The position numbers and the translations under genes were made by a program. Shown piece by piece: positions 12,721-25,056 of a DNA stretch of 64,000 bases. Origin of the DNA: Trypanosoma brucei (taxonomy: Eukaryota); contig CH464491.1 in NCBI GenBank assembly GCA_000002445.1, forward strand, positions 5,184,001-5,248,000, written 5' to 3'. Each line of letters starts with the position of its first letter. The first letter of the stretch is position 1. The notes under the pieces are model-generated. The model did no database searches. It had not been told where the DNA came from and worked only from the letters and a program-made list of their open reading frames with translations.

Positions 12721-13329
12721 CCAGGGTCTTAAAAAAAAGTTTGAAGCCTGTCCCTACGAAAAGTGCAGAAGCGAAACTCTCGAAAGCTACAAGAGTATAA
12801 TTGTAACAATGTGGGGATTAAATGAATATGAGAAAAATTTAAGCGAAGATGGCTGCCGTCCAAATAAGGGTTAGGGTTTCACCAAAAAGAGAGCTACTGT
12901 GCCACTGAAAAAAAATTAAATTAAAAAATGGGTCGATGTGAAGATGGAAATTTAAGCTGCAGATGTAAACGTGAACAAAAATGTCTGCTGCGTCAATAAG
13001 GGTTAAGGCCACATCTAAAAAAAAAGGACAAAATCATGACGGGTCACTGGTAGTAGAAAACAAGAAAAAATAAAAATAATAACCCTAACCCTAACCCTAA
13101 ACCTAAGCCTGGAAAACTTCCCTAACGTACCTCCTTCCTACCTTTTTTGTTTGCTGTACAAAAAAAATTCAAAAAGAAAAAAAAGGATAAAAATTTTCAG
13201 CTATCAGAAAAAAATTTACAGATTTAGACAGCTTAACAAAAATATTACCGGGATATTTTTACGTGTTAAAATATACCAAACAACAAAATTCTTTAAGAAA
13301 GGGAGGGGGAAAAATTTAAAAAGAAAGGC
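12721..13329. repeat. Interstitial island of degenerate telomere repeats (TTAGGG/CCCTAA), A-rich
   Basis: gggttagggttt at ~12863, ataagggttaaggcc at ~12990, ccctaaccctaaccctaaacctaagcc at 13081-13107. It also has poly-A runs and two ~110-bp degenerate tandem units ending in ataagggtta(g/a)gg. Confidence 0.75.
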
Positions 13330-14930
13330 CGCAAATGCAGAAACCATGAGGGCTAATTGCTTTTCTGCTAGAAAACTGGAGGAGCGGCAACCAGGAGTTA
13401 CTGGACCCTGACCATCAATATAGGTAATCCATCCACAAAAGTCTTTCTTTCCTTGGGGGATCGGGCCAGTTTTTTGGCGCAATTCTTAGAATTTTTGTGC
13501 GGCAGAGCACTTATCTTTTCCCCCTGAAGCTCCTTCTCCTTCTCCTGCTGCTGTGTCTTCTGTTCTATCTTTAGGTTTGCATTTGTTCTCTTTTCATCGT
13601 AATTGCATTTGTTTTTAGGGCATAACTTCTGATTTCCATTGTGCTCGGCACAAAGCTCCGCTGCCTGTTGATCTGACTGTGTCTTTGCTCCAGTTGTTTT
13701 GGGGAAAACAGCTTTGTTGGTTTTCATAGCGTTTATGTTTTCTATTGCCTCCGCTATTGCATATTGTAGTTGATCGTCGTTAATTTGAAACAGTTTTTTG
13801 GTTTGTTTTGTGTTGCCCTGCGTCGGTACCTCCGCGTTTATGGCTTTGATCGCCATTATGTAACCGCCTTCTTCGTTATCTGCGTTGACTTCGAAAAAAC
13901 TTTTAACTAGTTCGTCTGCGTTGTTTGCCTCAGCTGCCGCTTGCCACGCCTGCGCCTTCTGTGCAGCTGTTGCCAGTGCTGCCCGAGTTGTTCTGTCTTT
14001 TAGTAGGCCCTTTACTGCCGTTTCGTCCGTTGGTGTTTTTGTTACTGCTTGCCGCAGCTTGTTTGCTACTGCAGCGCGCTTTTCGCTGAGCGCCTTGAGA
14101 AGGTTATTTGTGACTGCGGCCGTGTGTATCGATGGCATGTTCTGGAAGTCTCCAGCAGCTGCTACCTGTATTAGTCCGTTTAGTGGGTGTATTGGCTGCG
14201 TTACACTGCTGTATGCTGTGTTTGGGTTTTCCGATATTCGGCATTTTGGTGCAGCTGCTCCGGTTGTTTCAGGGATTCCTGTGTCTTGAAGGGTTGTTTT
14301 GATTTCGGTTGCCAGATCTGTGATAACTGCTGTTAGTGTTGTCGTGTCTGCCGTGCCGCACTTTGTGTCAACGATTTTAGCTGCAGCGTTGCCGTCGTTG
14401 TCACCGCCAATGCACCCATTTTGTGCTGTTGGTGTCGTTTGTTGGTGGTTTTGCAGTAAGTGCATCAGTTCATCGACACGGCCTGAAGCGTACATTGCTT
14501 GTCCTACTATTTTGGTGTTCTCGCCTTCCCAGTTGACGAGGTTGCTGGTCGCTTCGTCTAGGTTTGTCGCCGCATACAGCTTGAACGTTTCTGCTGCAAG
14601 CTTCAGCGCCGGCATTTTTAGTGCTGCTAGCGAATGCTGAAGGTACGCGTGCTTGGCGGTGATCACTGCATCTTTGCCATGCTTGATCGAGTCTGCTAGG
14701 GACGCGGCTAAGGCCTTGGCTTTGGACGAAAAGGCACATAACTTTGTCCCAACACTGGCTTTGATTGGGCGTTTGTCGGTCGCGCCTTCGATACCGGTCG
14801 GCAGCGCAAGGACTAGAGCCACTAGTCTCGCCTGTTTGCTGCTCCGCTGTCGCCAGTTGTTAATGCTTTTTCGCTCCACGTCGTCTTTTCCGGCATGTTG
14901 GGCTAGTTCAGTGCCTGTGACTGCAAACAT
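13330..14930 (-). pseudogene. VSG (510-aa ORF 13398-14930) whose GPI-signal tail is in another frame, directly followed by telomere-type repeats; likely a former telomeric VSG
   Basis: Real ATG at 14930 but the signal-like stretch ARLVALVLALPTGIEG starts around residue 34. The tail GWITYIDGQGPVTPGCRSSSFLAEKQLALMVSAFAAFLF is encoded at ~13330-13480 in a different frame. Confidence 0.65.
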
Positions 14931-15684
14931 GTATTATAGTGATTGCTTGTGCTTTTTACATGGTATAGGTTGAAACAAAAACGGTCTGCGTCTGCTGCTG
15001 TCACATTCCATGAGACGGTAAACAGCACATAGGTAAAACGGAAATAAATACACATTTAAAAAATTCGACTCCCTATTGACAACCCCTTATTTAAAATCCC
15101 CCTCTGCCACTTTCATTCTGTCTTTTTTTCCAAATAGGGAATGTTCTGCCAGAGTAGCGGCTACATCCGTCTTCCTTTGCACATTTGAGTCTGCTATCGC
15201 ATTTTTGCCATTGATACAGCCATTTCAACTGCGATACGAGTCAATTCTGAGTAAAATACGGTGCATCATTGTCATCATTATCTCCTGTTTGTCTCTAGAT
15301 GTATTATTTCTGTTATGAAAAATATACAGTCACCTCAGTCTTAATTTCCTCCATTTTGGTCATCTCTCGCTTCTTCCGCCGATGATGTAGGGGCTTGACG
15401 TGACCTATACACGGAATCTGTTTCTCGGTAATAATTCTCCACATATTTTCCTTGTGCATAATGATGCCAAACATCATATATGTGTTTAAAACGCACGTAT
15501 TCACTCTTCTCTCTCATTTTCTTTCTTTTTGCATATTCCTTAATAATCTTCATTCTACTCTTCTTTACTCCCAGGATAACCCACTGTCCGACCAGCTCAT
15601 TTACTCTTAATATACTTTAACCGTTGTTTTAAGTGCTTTTATTTTATTTCTTCTATTGACTATAATTGCTTCCCTCCTCTATAG

Positions 15685-15923
<239 letters not shown>

Positions 15924-16150
15924 GACATAACTAATATGCATAAAATAATGGATACAAACAAAAAATACTTATCATATCACTAATTTTTTATCCTATCTCA
16001 ATACCACTTTTCACCAGGTTTATACAATTATACACGTCTTAATAAAATTTTAGATTTTCAGATTTTGCAATGTTTTTACAACAGTGTTAAAGTAACTCAT
16101 ATTTTAGTAAATTTGGTATTTTCTCTCTTTAAAGAAAATCTTCTTGAATT

Positions 16151-17779
16151 TCATAAAGCTGAGCAAAAATTATAAAGTGCCACCAAACTCACAAAAGAAG
16201 GGGCCACGATAACAAATTTCTTATTAACTAGGATACTGAAATCACGGCATTTTGTTTTAGCTTTTCCCTTTCCATCAATGAAATCACTTCATCCGCAAAC
16301 AGATTTCTTTCCCTCCTTCGGTTTACCTGGCGCCTTGGAACATTTTTCGGGGTCATTATACTGGCCACAATTAGGGTCTTCTCCGCTTGTTGCTCCTTCT
16401 CCTTTTCCTGCTTGGGTTGCTTGCTGTTCTGCTGCTGTCGCATTCAATTTGCAGTGGGGGCCATCTTTCGCGTCACCTCCCTCCCATTTGCACTCTCCAT
16501 TGTTTTTGCAGTCTGTTGCTTTTTCTATTACTGCGCAGTTTGCCTTTGCTTTTGCCGTTTTGGGGCGCGCTCTTGTCGTGTTTTGGCGTTTCTATTTGTT
16601 GCTGGCGCTCGCTGTAGAGCAGTGTTTGCACTAGTTGCTTTTTGGCTTTCAGCTGTCTTGCCGCCTCCTTCCTTATTTGCACTGCTTGCTCGTGCTTGCG
16701 CAGTTGCTTTGCTATTGCAGAGAGTCCGTTGATCCACGGGATGTCCGTCACTTTTGCCGTGGCGCCCGTGCCGAGGTCAGTGTATTTTACACACATGCCT
16801 CCTCCCTGTTTTCCGTCGCAGTTCCCGTTTATGGTCTTTCCTAGTGTCGCTGCTCCCGAACGTCGAGCAATGAGCGCTGTAACCGCTGCTACCGAGTCTG
16901 CAGTAGTTCGCTCGTTAGCTGCGTTTTGGAGTTGAGGTCGCATAAGTTAAGGGCAGCCCCGATTGCTGCGGTTCCTGGGTCGGTGGAGGCGGTCCATTTG
17001 TTCGTTAGTCCTGTTTGGTATTCGCACGCTTTGACTTCGTTGTTGCTTGCACTGTTGTCGGCGATGCACACGCATATCAGGGTACCGGCGACCGTTTTGG
17101 CTGGGTTGGCTGCTGCCGTCCCCGAGCATGTGTTGGTTCGGCTGCCTCCCGTTGATGTGAACAGCTTTGTACCAGCCACCGGTGGTTCTGCTGCTGGTGT
17201 TTCTCCGTAGACGTGCTGGTTTATGAGTGTTTTGATCTTATCATCTGTCAGTAGATCGCTTTCCGGGGCTTTGGCTAATGCTAACGTTTCTATTGCTTCA
17301 GCCTCGGCGGCTAGTCTAGTGACTGCCGGTCGTATTGACAGACGCTGGTCCTGTGTTAGTCCCTGTAGTTTGTGCTTTTTTAAGACGTTTTGGTCTCCGG
17401 TTTTCTTTAATAGCGGTTCAGCCGCCTTTTTCCAGATCGGCCACTTTCCGGGCCAATCTTTGTGGTCCGTGAAATCTGCTTGCGGAAAGTCACGCGGCTT
17501 TTCCCTGGCGTCTGGCTGCCGGAAAATGTCAAGCCAGACGCTATCTGCCAGCGACATATTTAGCTCTAGCAGATCTGCCAGGTCTGTATCGAGCGCTGTC
17601 TCCGCCGATTCCAGCTTTGCGCGTCCATTTGCTAACTCGATTAAGCCACAGAGGGCTCCTCTCTCCCGCTCATTGTCTCCCGCCGCTACGTTTCCTCGCG
17701 CGGTGTCTGTTGTTAGAACTATGGCAATAAGTATCGCCACTTGTAGATGACTGCCGCGTCTTTGTGGCAGTGGCGGCAT
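16151..17779 (-). pseudogene. VSG pseudogene (three frames)
   Basis: N-terminal ORF 16889-17779 (ATG, signal HLQVAILIAIVLTTDTARG, ERGALCGLIELA). Middle ORF 16473-16943. The C-terminus ...[21 protein letters not shown].. is in another frame. No 70-bp repeat is found upstream before the ingi element. Confidence 0.7.
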
Positions 17780-18763
17780 TACGACGTTTACTAGTTTCTT
17801 CTTTTTAAAGGATGTGCGTTCAAGCTGAGTCGTTGGTTTTTTTGTTACAGTTTGGTGCTATAGAAGATTGCCATTTGCTGTTCAGTGCCTTGCCAACCTT
17901 TTAGAGCAGCCACAGCTAGAGTTCTTTTGTTTAACGCTGAATCGGTAACTATTATAAAATGGAAGTGCTTATCTTTTGTGCTGGTTTAGTAAGATGATCT
18001 TGCCGCATTAAAGAAGATAAATGTGACCTTCTATGGGCAATCTCCATAAGTTAAAAACTAATTGAGCTTTTGGTGTCTTTTTTACACCTACAGCAGCCAA
18101 CGCATCCTTTGAACACTGGATTTATTAAATTACACTCACAAACGTCTTAAATATTGGTTTTAGGTATATTTTAACTCTTAATTCTAATATACGTCACTCT
18201 ATATCTATAACTATTGCATCTTTCCTTCACATTCCCAATTTCCTACCTGTTTGCTTTTAAAAAAGTTTAGATAGGTCTGTAAATGTAAAAAAATTAGAAT
18301 TTATGATTTTCACTCTCTTCTATCAACTTATTCCTCCTATGTTTTTCCTGAACTTCGAAGAACAAGATAACACTGTTGCTTCTCGCACACGTGGCCCCTC
18401 TTTCCCTCTTTTTTTTTGGATGGTGATACTGAGTTCCTCAGACGTTCGAAATTGGAAATTTATGTGCTGACGCGTACTGCTAATCTTGGTCTTGCGGCTA
18501 GCCTTATATAAGATACGCTTGTTTTAAACTGTTTTATCGTCGGCCCGTATATCAACACGGATTTTTTGGTATCGCCATTAATTTTCTATACTTTATAGAA
18601 ATAGGCTGCGGTTCCATCTGCGTGAATTATTCCTCCCTCATTGCTTCTGCCAGTCGGGGGTTTGGTCGGCTGCCTACTCCTAAGTATTCACCGTACCCGC
18701 CGTGCTATATGCATTGCCTGCGCCGCTTCGATGTGTTTCGCCGTGGTCTAGTTTTGGCTTTAT

Positions 18764-21700
18764 CCCTCGCGATGCCGGCCACCTCAACGTGGTGCCAGGG
18801 TCCAGTACCCCGTATCATCGGGGAAAGCCAAGAGCCAGCAGAGTTCCTTTCATGAGGAACACTGCTGTGCTCCGGCTACGGCATCATACAGCACAGGGAT
18901 CAGCAGCGTCTTGCTGGGACACCGTTCTTCATTTGTCTGTCCCTGGGGACGTGCCAGCGTGCCATCAACAGTATCATCCGCACTAAGATGCTGCTGTCCG
19001 GTGATGTGGAAGAGAATCCCGGACCGTCGTTGCGCGGGATGCAGTGGAACTGCGCCGGGGTATCTCAAGGAAAGAGATTAGCACTCCACAAAACCCTTGT
19101 TGATGAGCGGATCGCCTTTTGTCTGTTGAGCGAGACAAGGATGACGCCTGGAGAGGCGGCTTGCTTTAGCGTTGCTGGCTACCAACATCACGGAATAGCT
19201 CGTAACTTCAAAGGAGGTGGTGTATCAATACTAGTGAGGGGGGACCTACCAGTCGAGACCGGTATGGCCGTTGTTGGTCGCATTGAACAAGTGCATGCAA
19301 CAATTCACCTTGCACGTGGAACGGCGCTGACTGTCACGTCGGCATACATCCCACCAAAACACACCTTCACGGCAACTGACCTAGATACGCTTCTGACAAC
19401 TGACGGTGCCCAGCTCATCGGTGCAGACGCTAACGCACACGCGTTGGCATGGGATCGCGCGAGCCCACCAAATACAAGGGGTGAAACCCTCACACAGTGG
19501 TGCATTGACAATTAGTTTCTGGTCTGCAACACTGGTGAGTGCACCAGGTACGCGCGCCACCACGGGGAGTCCACCCCTGATGTGACACTGTCAAGGAATT
19601 GCACAGTGCACACGTGGACATCGCTGTATTCTCCCGATAGCGATCACCATCACATATTTTTCGACGTTATCGTTGGAGACGACACAGATGCACTGAGTTG
19701 CCCGCGGCTTCGAAAGCCCATGTACGCATGGCTAAAAGCTGACTGGAGGAATATCCGTCTCAAGGTTGACGAGCTCTGCAGGAAAATTAATAGAGAGAAG
19801 AACGTCAACACCCTGGAACAGAAATTGAGCTTCGCCATCCGCATTGCGACGAAGGTCTCCGTCCCCCGTGGCTGCAGAGCAACGGCATCACATTGGACAC
19901 CTGAGCTCGCGAAACTCGATGAAGAGATCGCTGGATGCGGACCCTCCCACCGAAGGGAAAAGTTGGTAGCCACGCGTAAGCAGATCCTGGACCGTACCAC
20001 AAAGAAGAGATGGAGCACGCTATGCTCCAGACTTGCGGTGTCAGACCGCTGCAGTTGGCACATTGTCAAGAAGGTATATCCGCCACGACCACTAACCACA
20101 CCGGCTGTACTTGTTGATAACGCGGCCATCACGGACTACTGTCAAGCTGAGAGGTTCATTAAACTGTACTCGTCCCGCGCAAGAAGGCACCCCGACTCAC
20201 ACCCACCGGCACCAATAAAGACGATAGCGAGTGAGTTCAGTCCCATCACGATGGCTGAACTACGGAAATCGATCAAACAACTTCCGAGTGGATCCACAGC
20301 CGGACCTAATTGCTTATACAACGAGGCACTACAACATCTCGGTAGAACAGCGTTGAATGTTGTTCTGAGGCTATTCAATGAGAGCCTACGAACGGGAGTC
20401 GTGCCGCCTGCATGGAAGACTGGTGTTATCATCCCCATCCTGAAGGCCGGAAAAAAGGCGGAGGACCTCGATTCTTACAGGCCAGTGACGCTCACGAGCT
20501 GTCTCTACAAAGTCATGGAGCGCATAATTGCCGCGAGACTTAGAGACACTGTTGAGTCCCAGCTGACGCCGCAGCAATCAGGCTTTCGCCCCGGATGCTC
20601 AACGCTCGAACAACTCCTGCACGTCCGCGCTGCCCTCCGCCGTCCCACGCACCAATCTCGTACGGGTGCTGTATTTGTCGACTACGAGAAGGCATTCGAT
20701 ACAGTAGACCACGACAAAATTGCGAGGGAAATGCACAGAATGAAGGTATCACCCCACATTGTGAAGTGGTGCGTATCATTTCTGAGTAACCGAACTGGCA
20801 GAGTGAGATTCAAGGAGAAGCTTTCCAGAAGCAGAACATTTGAGCGAGGAGTGCCACAAGGAACTGTCCTTGGCCCAATCATGTTCATTATTGTCATGAA
20901 CTCGTTGAGCCAACGCCTTGCAGAAGTGCCGTTACTGCAGCACGGATTCTTTGCAGACGACCTGACGCTACTTGCGAGGCACACAGAGAGGGATGTCATC
21001 AACCACACACTACAATGCGGTCTAAACGTGGTGTTACAGTGGTCAAAAGAGTACTTCATGTCTGTCAACGTAGCGAAAACAAAGTGCACACTCTTCGGGT
21101 GTATAGAGCGTCACCCCCTTACATTACAACTGGACGGCGAAAGAATAGGAGCTGACAGGACACCGAAGCTTCTAGGAGTAACATTCCAGTGTCTGCAAGG
21201 GATGGCAACACATGCGGCCAAAACGAGACGCAAGATGGATTTCAGACTACTGCAGATAGCAGCCATCTCAGCTTCTACATGGGGGCCAAGACGACAAGTA
21301 CTGAGAGCTTTTTATCTAGCACTCGTACAGGCACACACCATGTATGGCATTGAGGTATGGTACTGGGACGCTTCGGAACGAAGTCGCGACCTCCTTGCAT
21401 CAGCACAACACAAAGCCAGTCGCATCATAGCCGGCATACCACATGGGACGCGCAAAGAGGACTCTCTGCTGGAAGCAAACCTCCTGCCACTCAAGACGAC
21501 CACTCTTGTGCGCAGCATGAAATTCATGCTGATGTGTGAGTCACGAGGCGGATGTTTGCGGCGCAGTGCTGAATAAGTATACCACAGCAAACACCCAGTC
21601 AGAGTCTTACATTCCCGCATCATGCGGTCCTATCCCCAACTCCGCATTGAGCCACGCGAGCAACCACTAGAGACATCGACGCTCCGCCACAGCTGCCGAC

Positions 21701-24028
21701 CGCTATTTCACACGCAGATAAAGCCTGTGTGCGCTGATGACCCTGACGATGTCAAAAGGGAGGCTTCCGAAAAGTGGATTGAACGGCATTTTGCACGGAG
21801 GGGGAAGGAGCCACCGCGGCGAGAGCACTACGAATTGTGGACTGATGGATGCGTGTCCCTCGGTGAGAAGTCCGGAGCAACTGCCCTGCTCTATAGAAAC
21901 AACACGCTGATTTGCGCACCCAAAACTGGAGCAGGGGAACTCTCATGCAGTTACAGAGCGGAATGCTTAGCATTAGAGATAGGACTGCAACGGCTGCTGA
22001 AATGGCTTCCGGCATACAGAAGCACAACGAGCAGGTTGTCCATCTTCTCTGACTCGCTGTCAATGTTAACAGCACTGCAGACAGGCCCCCTAGCCGTAAC
22101 GGACCCAATTCTAAGACGACTATGGAGGCTTCTGTTTCAAGTTCAGAGAAGGAAGATACGTATCCGACTGCAATTTGTGTTTGGCCATTGTGGCGTGAAA
22201 CGGAATGAGGTTTGTGACGAAATGGCCAAAAAGGCCGCAGATTTACCACAGTTGCGAGACACATGGATCCCCAACATCATTGCTTATGCGAAGCGAGTGC
22301 TTAGGTCGGAAGAAGTCTATGAGAACACTCATAGGTTTGGTATCACGGGCAACCACTTTCCAACAAAACCTAAGAAAGAAGAACTGACGAGGGAGGAAGA
22401 AACGGCACTGGCACGCTTTCGGGTTGGGTCCTCAAGACACTATGGCTGGATGTTGCGAAAGATCAACCCGAGTGTGCCTCCACAGTGCCGATGGTGCAAC
22501 CCGCAACATGCAGAGATAGGGCCAACAATACAAACAGCCCTACCTATTGCGACACGCACTCTTCAGAGAACCTCCGAACCGACCAAATGTACGGAATGTG
22601 ATGCCACATACCAATGCCGCTCGAGTGCTGTAACGCACATGGTAAACATGGCTTTGTGCGAGCTGATGCCCTCAGGAGGATCAAATACGGCGATGCAACA
22701 CCTGCAGTGGACATCCCCCCGGAGTCCCCTCCAGTGGTGGCGATCGTTCCTCTACCATTCGAGCACACGAGTCCAGATGAGACCGCAGGTGCTTCATTGT
22801 ACCCTCTGTACCTCCAAATTCGCAGTGCCAGGCCGACTATTACACCACCTTAGAACAATACATGGCATAGGCAGCGGTAGTTTGCCGCGTGAAAAGGGGG
22901 CGAGAGAACGAGGACTCAGTGCAAGGAGATGGTAGAGCTCCAGCAGCGCCAGCCTCTCAGGATACACGGAAGCTGCCGTTTCAATGTGACCTGTGCGAGC
23001 CGAGCTTCGGTACACGTTCTTCCCTGTCACTACACAAAAAATTCAAACATAAGAGCATAGTGACGGAGGACGGTACCGTGGTGGTGGTGCAACTCCCTCG
23101 TAAGCGTGCCCGTGAGGGAAACGTTGACGTCCCGGGGAAGGGCGAGGTGCAGTGTGGTGTGTGCCAAAAAGTGCTCAGTTGCAGGGACTCCCTCATCCGA
23201 CACTGTAAGGCTTTCCACAAAGGTGAGGGAGTCGAGCTTAAATGCAGCAAAAGCACAAAATTGTGTGCCACTGATTCCCCGCATACAAACACATACATGT
23301 ACATCCATCTTGGTGTGCCCGACATGCGGAAGGCAGTGTGCTAGCAAAACTGGCCTCACCCTACATCAAAAGAAGATGCACGGTATGAAGGTAGAGCGCG
23401 CTGTTACCAGCCAACGCGGCGAATGCGAAGAAACGTCGCTGCACTTGATGAGCTGTCCCGGTTTGAAGGAGTTACGTGTCAGGTTTGCGGTAGAAGGTGA
23501 GTGTGTGCAGGATGTATGTTTCTCTAAAAGGCTGGCGCAGTTTCTCATTGCGGTTGAACGGAGCCGGCCACAGGTGAAGTCCTCACCTAAGGTAACAGTC
23601 ATACAACCCACTCTCCCTTCTGCAACTTCCCCCCTTATTGCCGAGTGTGGAGCTAGCAGGAAAAGCACCGGACGCAGGAATAGTCCAGACACCCTTAGAG
23701 ACAGAGGAGGTATGCAGTCAACAAGCAACAGAAACAGAAAGAGGGGGAGAGAATAATAAACGAATAACAAAAATCAAAACAAAAGGATTGGTAATTGACA
23801 TCTTTGAGAGAGTCCGGGGTGGGGGGTTTCTCGCCCCATCTGCTGTATTCCGTTCAACTTCGGAGCTACAATAAAAAATTATAGAGAGTGTGTTAGGGTG
23901 AATAAAAAAGGGAGACTCTGCCACAGTCGCCAGACCGATAGCATATCAGTGCTCTACGGTGATGGCTGATGGCCGCGCCAGTGGGGGGAAACTCCCACGA
24001 AGGCACGAAGAAAATTCCAAAAAAAAAA
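18764..24028 (+). mobile_element. ingi non-LTR retrotransposon, full-length but degenerate (copy 1)
   Basis: Starts with the RIME/ingi 5' end ccctcgcgatgccggccacctcaacgtggtgccagggtccagtac and ends in poly(A) at 24019-24028. Collinear with copy 2 (48352-53607) at a few percent divergence. The ORF is broken into five pieces (18988-19515, 19582-21576, 21622-22935, 22889-23344, 23106-23756) by a GAA>TAA change at 21574, a 4-bp deletion at ~22650, a +1 insertion at ~22757 and a 10-bp insertion at ~23300. Confidence 0.9.
19003..19026 (+). other. 2A-like peptide motif DVEENPGP in the ingi ORF (copy 1)
   Basis: gatgtggaagagaatcccggaccg encodes DVEENPGP, matching the D(V/I)ExNPGP viral 2A consensus. 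Confidence 0.7.
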
Positions 24029-24030
24029 TG

Positions 24031-25056
24031 CCTCTGTTTTTCTGCTTCGACGAGCATTTTTTGGGCAGCAAGAAACTGTCCCACCCAGGGGAGTTTTGTA
24101 ATATCCTTGTTCCGTACGACGCCATTGTAGTCTATGCAAGCGGATGCTTCGTCTTGTCCGTCGAAGTCGTTGTTGGTTTCTCCGCCTCCTATCACGTTCT
24201 CTGTGTTTGCGCCGGTGGATGGTGCTGTGCCAAACAAACTTGCGAATTGGGCAAGCGCCGCGTCGATGGTTGATGGTGTCACATGCCGCTGGGTTGCTGA
24301 GGGTGGACACTTTGTTACTATCGTTTGTAGTGCTCTCTTAGCGCTCTGTGCTGTGTCTCCACCGCTGTTTTTGTAGCTTTGTTCGTTGCCGCCTGCCACA
24401 CACAGGTTGGTCGCACCCGCTGAGGAACACAGGCAAGCCAAATCCGATGCTAGGCTGGCTCCCTGCTCGGCCGGACTGTCCTTTTTGCACCTGTTCGCGT
24501 GGTTGCCATATATGCTGTCGTCCGTAGTCTCCTTGTTTGTATCACCCGTTAGCGCTTGCTTCAGGTGGCTTCTTACACCGCCAGCCAAAGCTGTTATTGC
24601 TTGTTGTGCATCGTTGAGCCGTTTTCTGGTTTCGGCTGCTGCTGTTCGAATTTTGTCCATCGCACATTGTACACGCTGCCGGGTTTCTTCGTCTCCGATA
24701 CGTAAATATTTTGTTTTTGCTTCTGGTGTATGTGCCTCCAGCAAACTTTTCTTTTTTTGCTCCCACGCTTGCTTGTTGAACGTCGAAAAAATTTTTGCTG
24801 TGAAATTAACTGTTGGCAGCGTTACAATGTACAAATCCTCTATGTCGTCTGGCGGTTCAGGTGTGTCGCTCCGCGTTAAGTCTGTTGTGTTTGGTTCCGA
24901 TGTGCACAGCTTGTAAATTTCGCAAAATACAGAGAATTCTTTGCCGTTCTTTGTGGTCGCTGCGGCGCCAAGTTGAGCTGCCAATAGTAGAAGGGCCAAT
25001 GCTTTTGATATGGCGAATATAGCGCATCCCGACATTGCATACCCGTATCTGATCAT
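24031..25056 (-). pseudogene. VSG N-terminal domain (~342 aa) truncated by the ingi poly(A) end; C-terminal domain and 3'UTR absent
   Basis: ATG at 25056 (or 25035, MSGCAIFAISKALALLLLAAQLGAAATT). VSG sequence runs to ...LVEAEKQR, then reads into ingi sequence. Confidence 0.75.

Noticed and set aside
12721-13329. Telomere hexamer runs as evidence that the window contains a true chromosome end
   Set aside because: Unique VSG-cassette sequence continues on both sides. The hexamer runs are short (3 perfect units or fewer), degenerate and in mixed orientation, so they are interstitial relics.
19650-20132. Minus-strand ORFs inside both ingi elements (e.g. 19650-20132, 20682-21089, 49238-49720, 51340-51852)
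   Set aside because: They are antisense to the well-supported ingi polyprotein frame, duplicated identically in both copies as expected for shadow ORFs, and have no recognisable domains.
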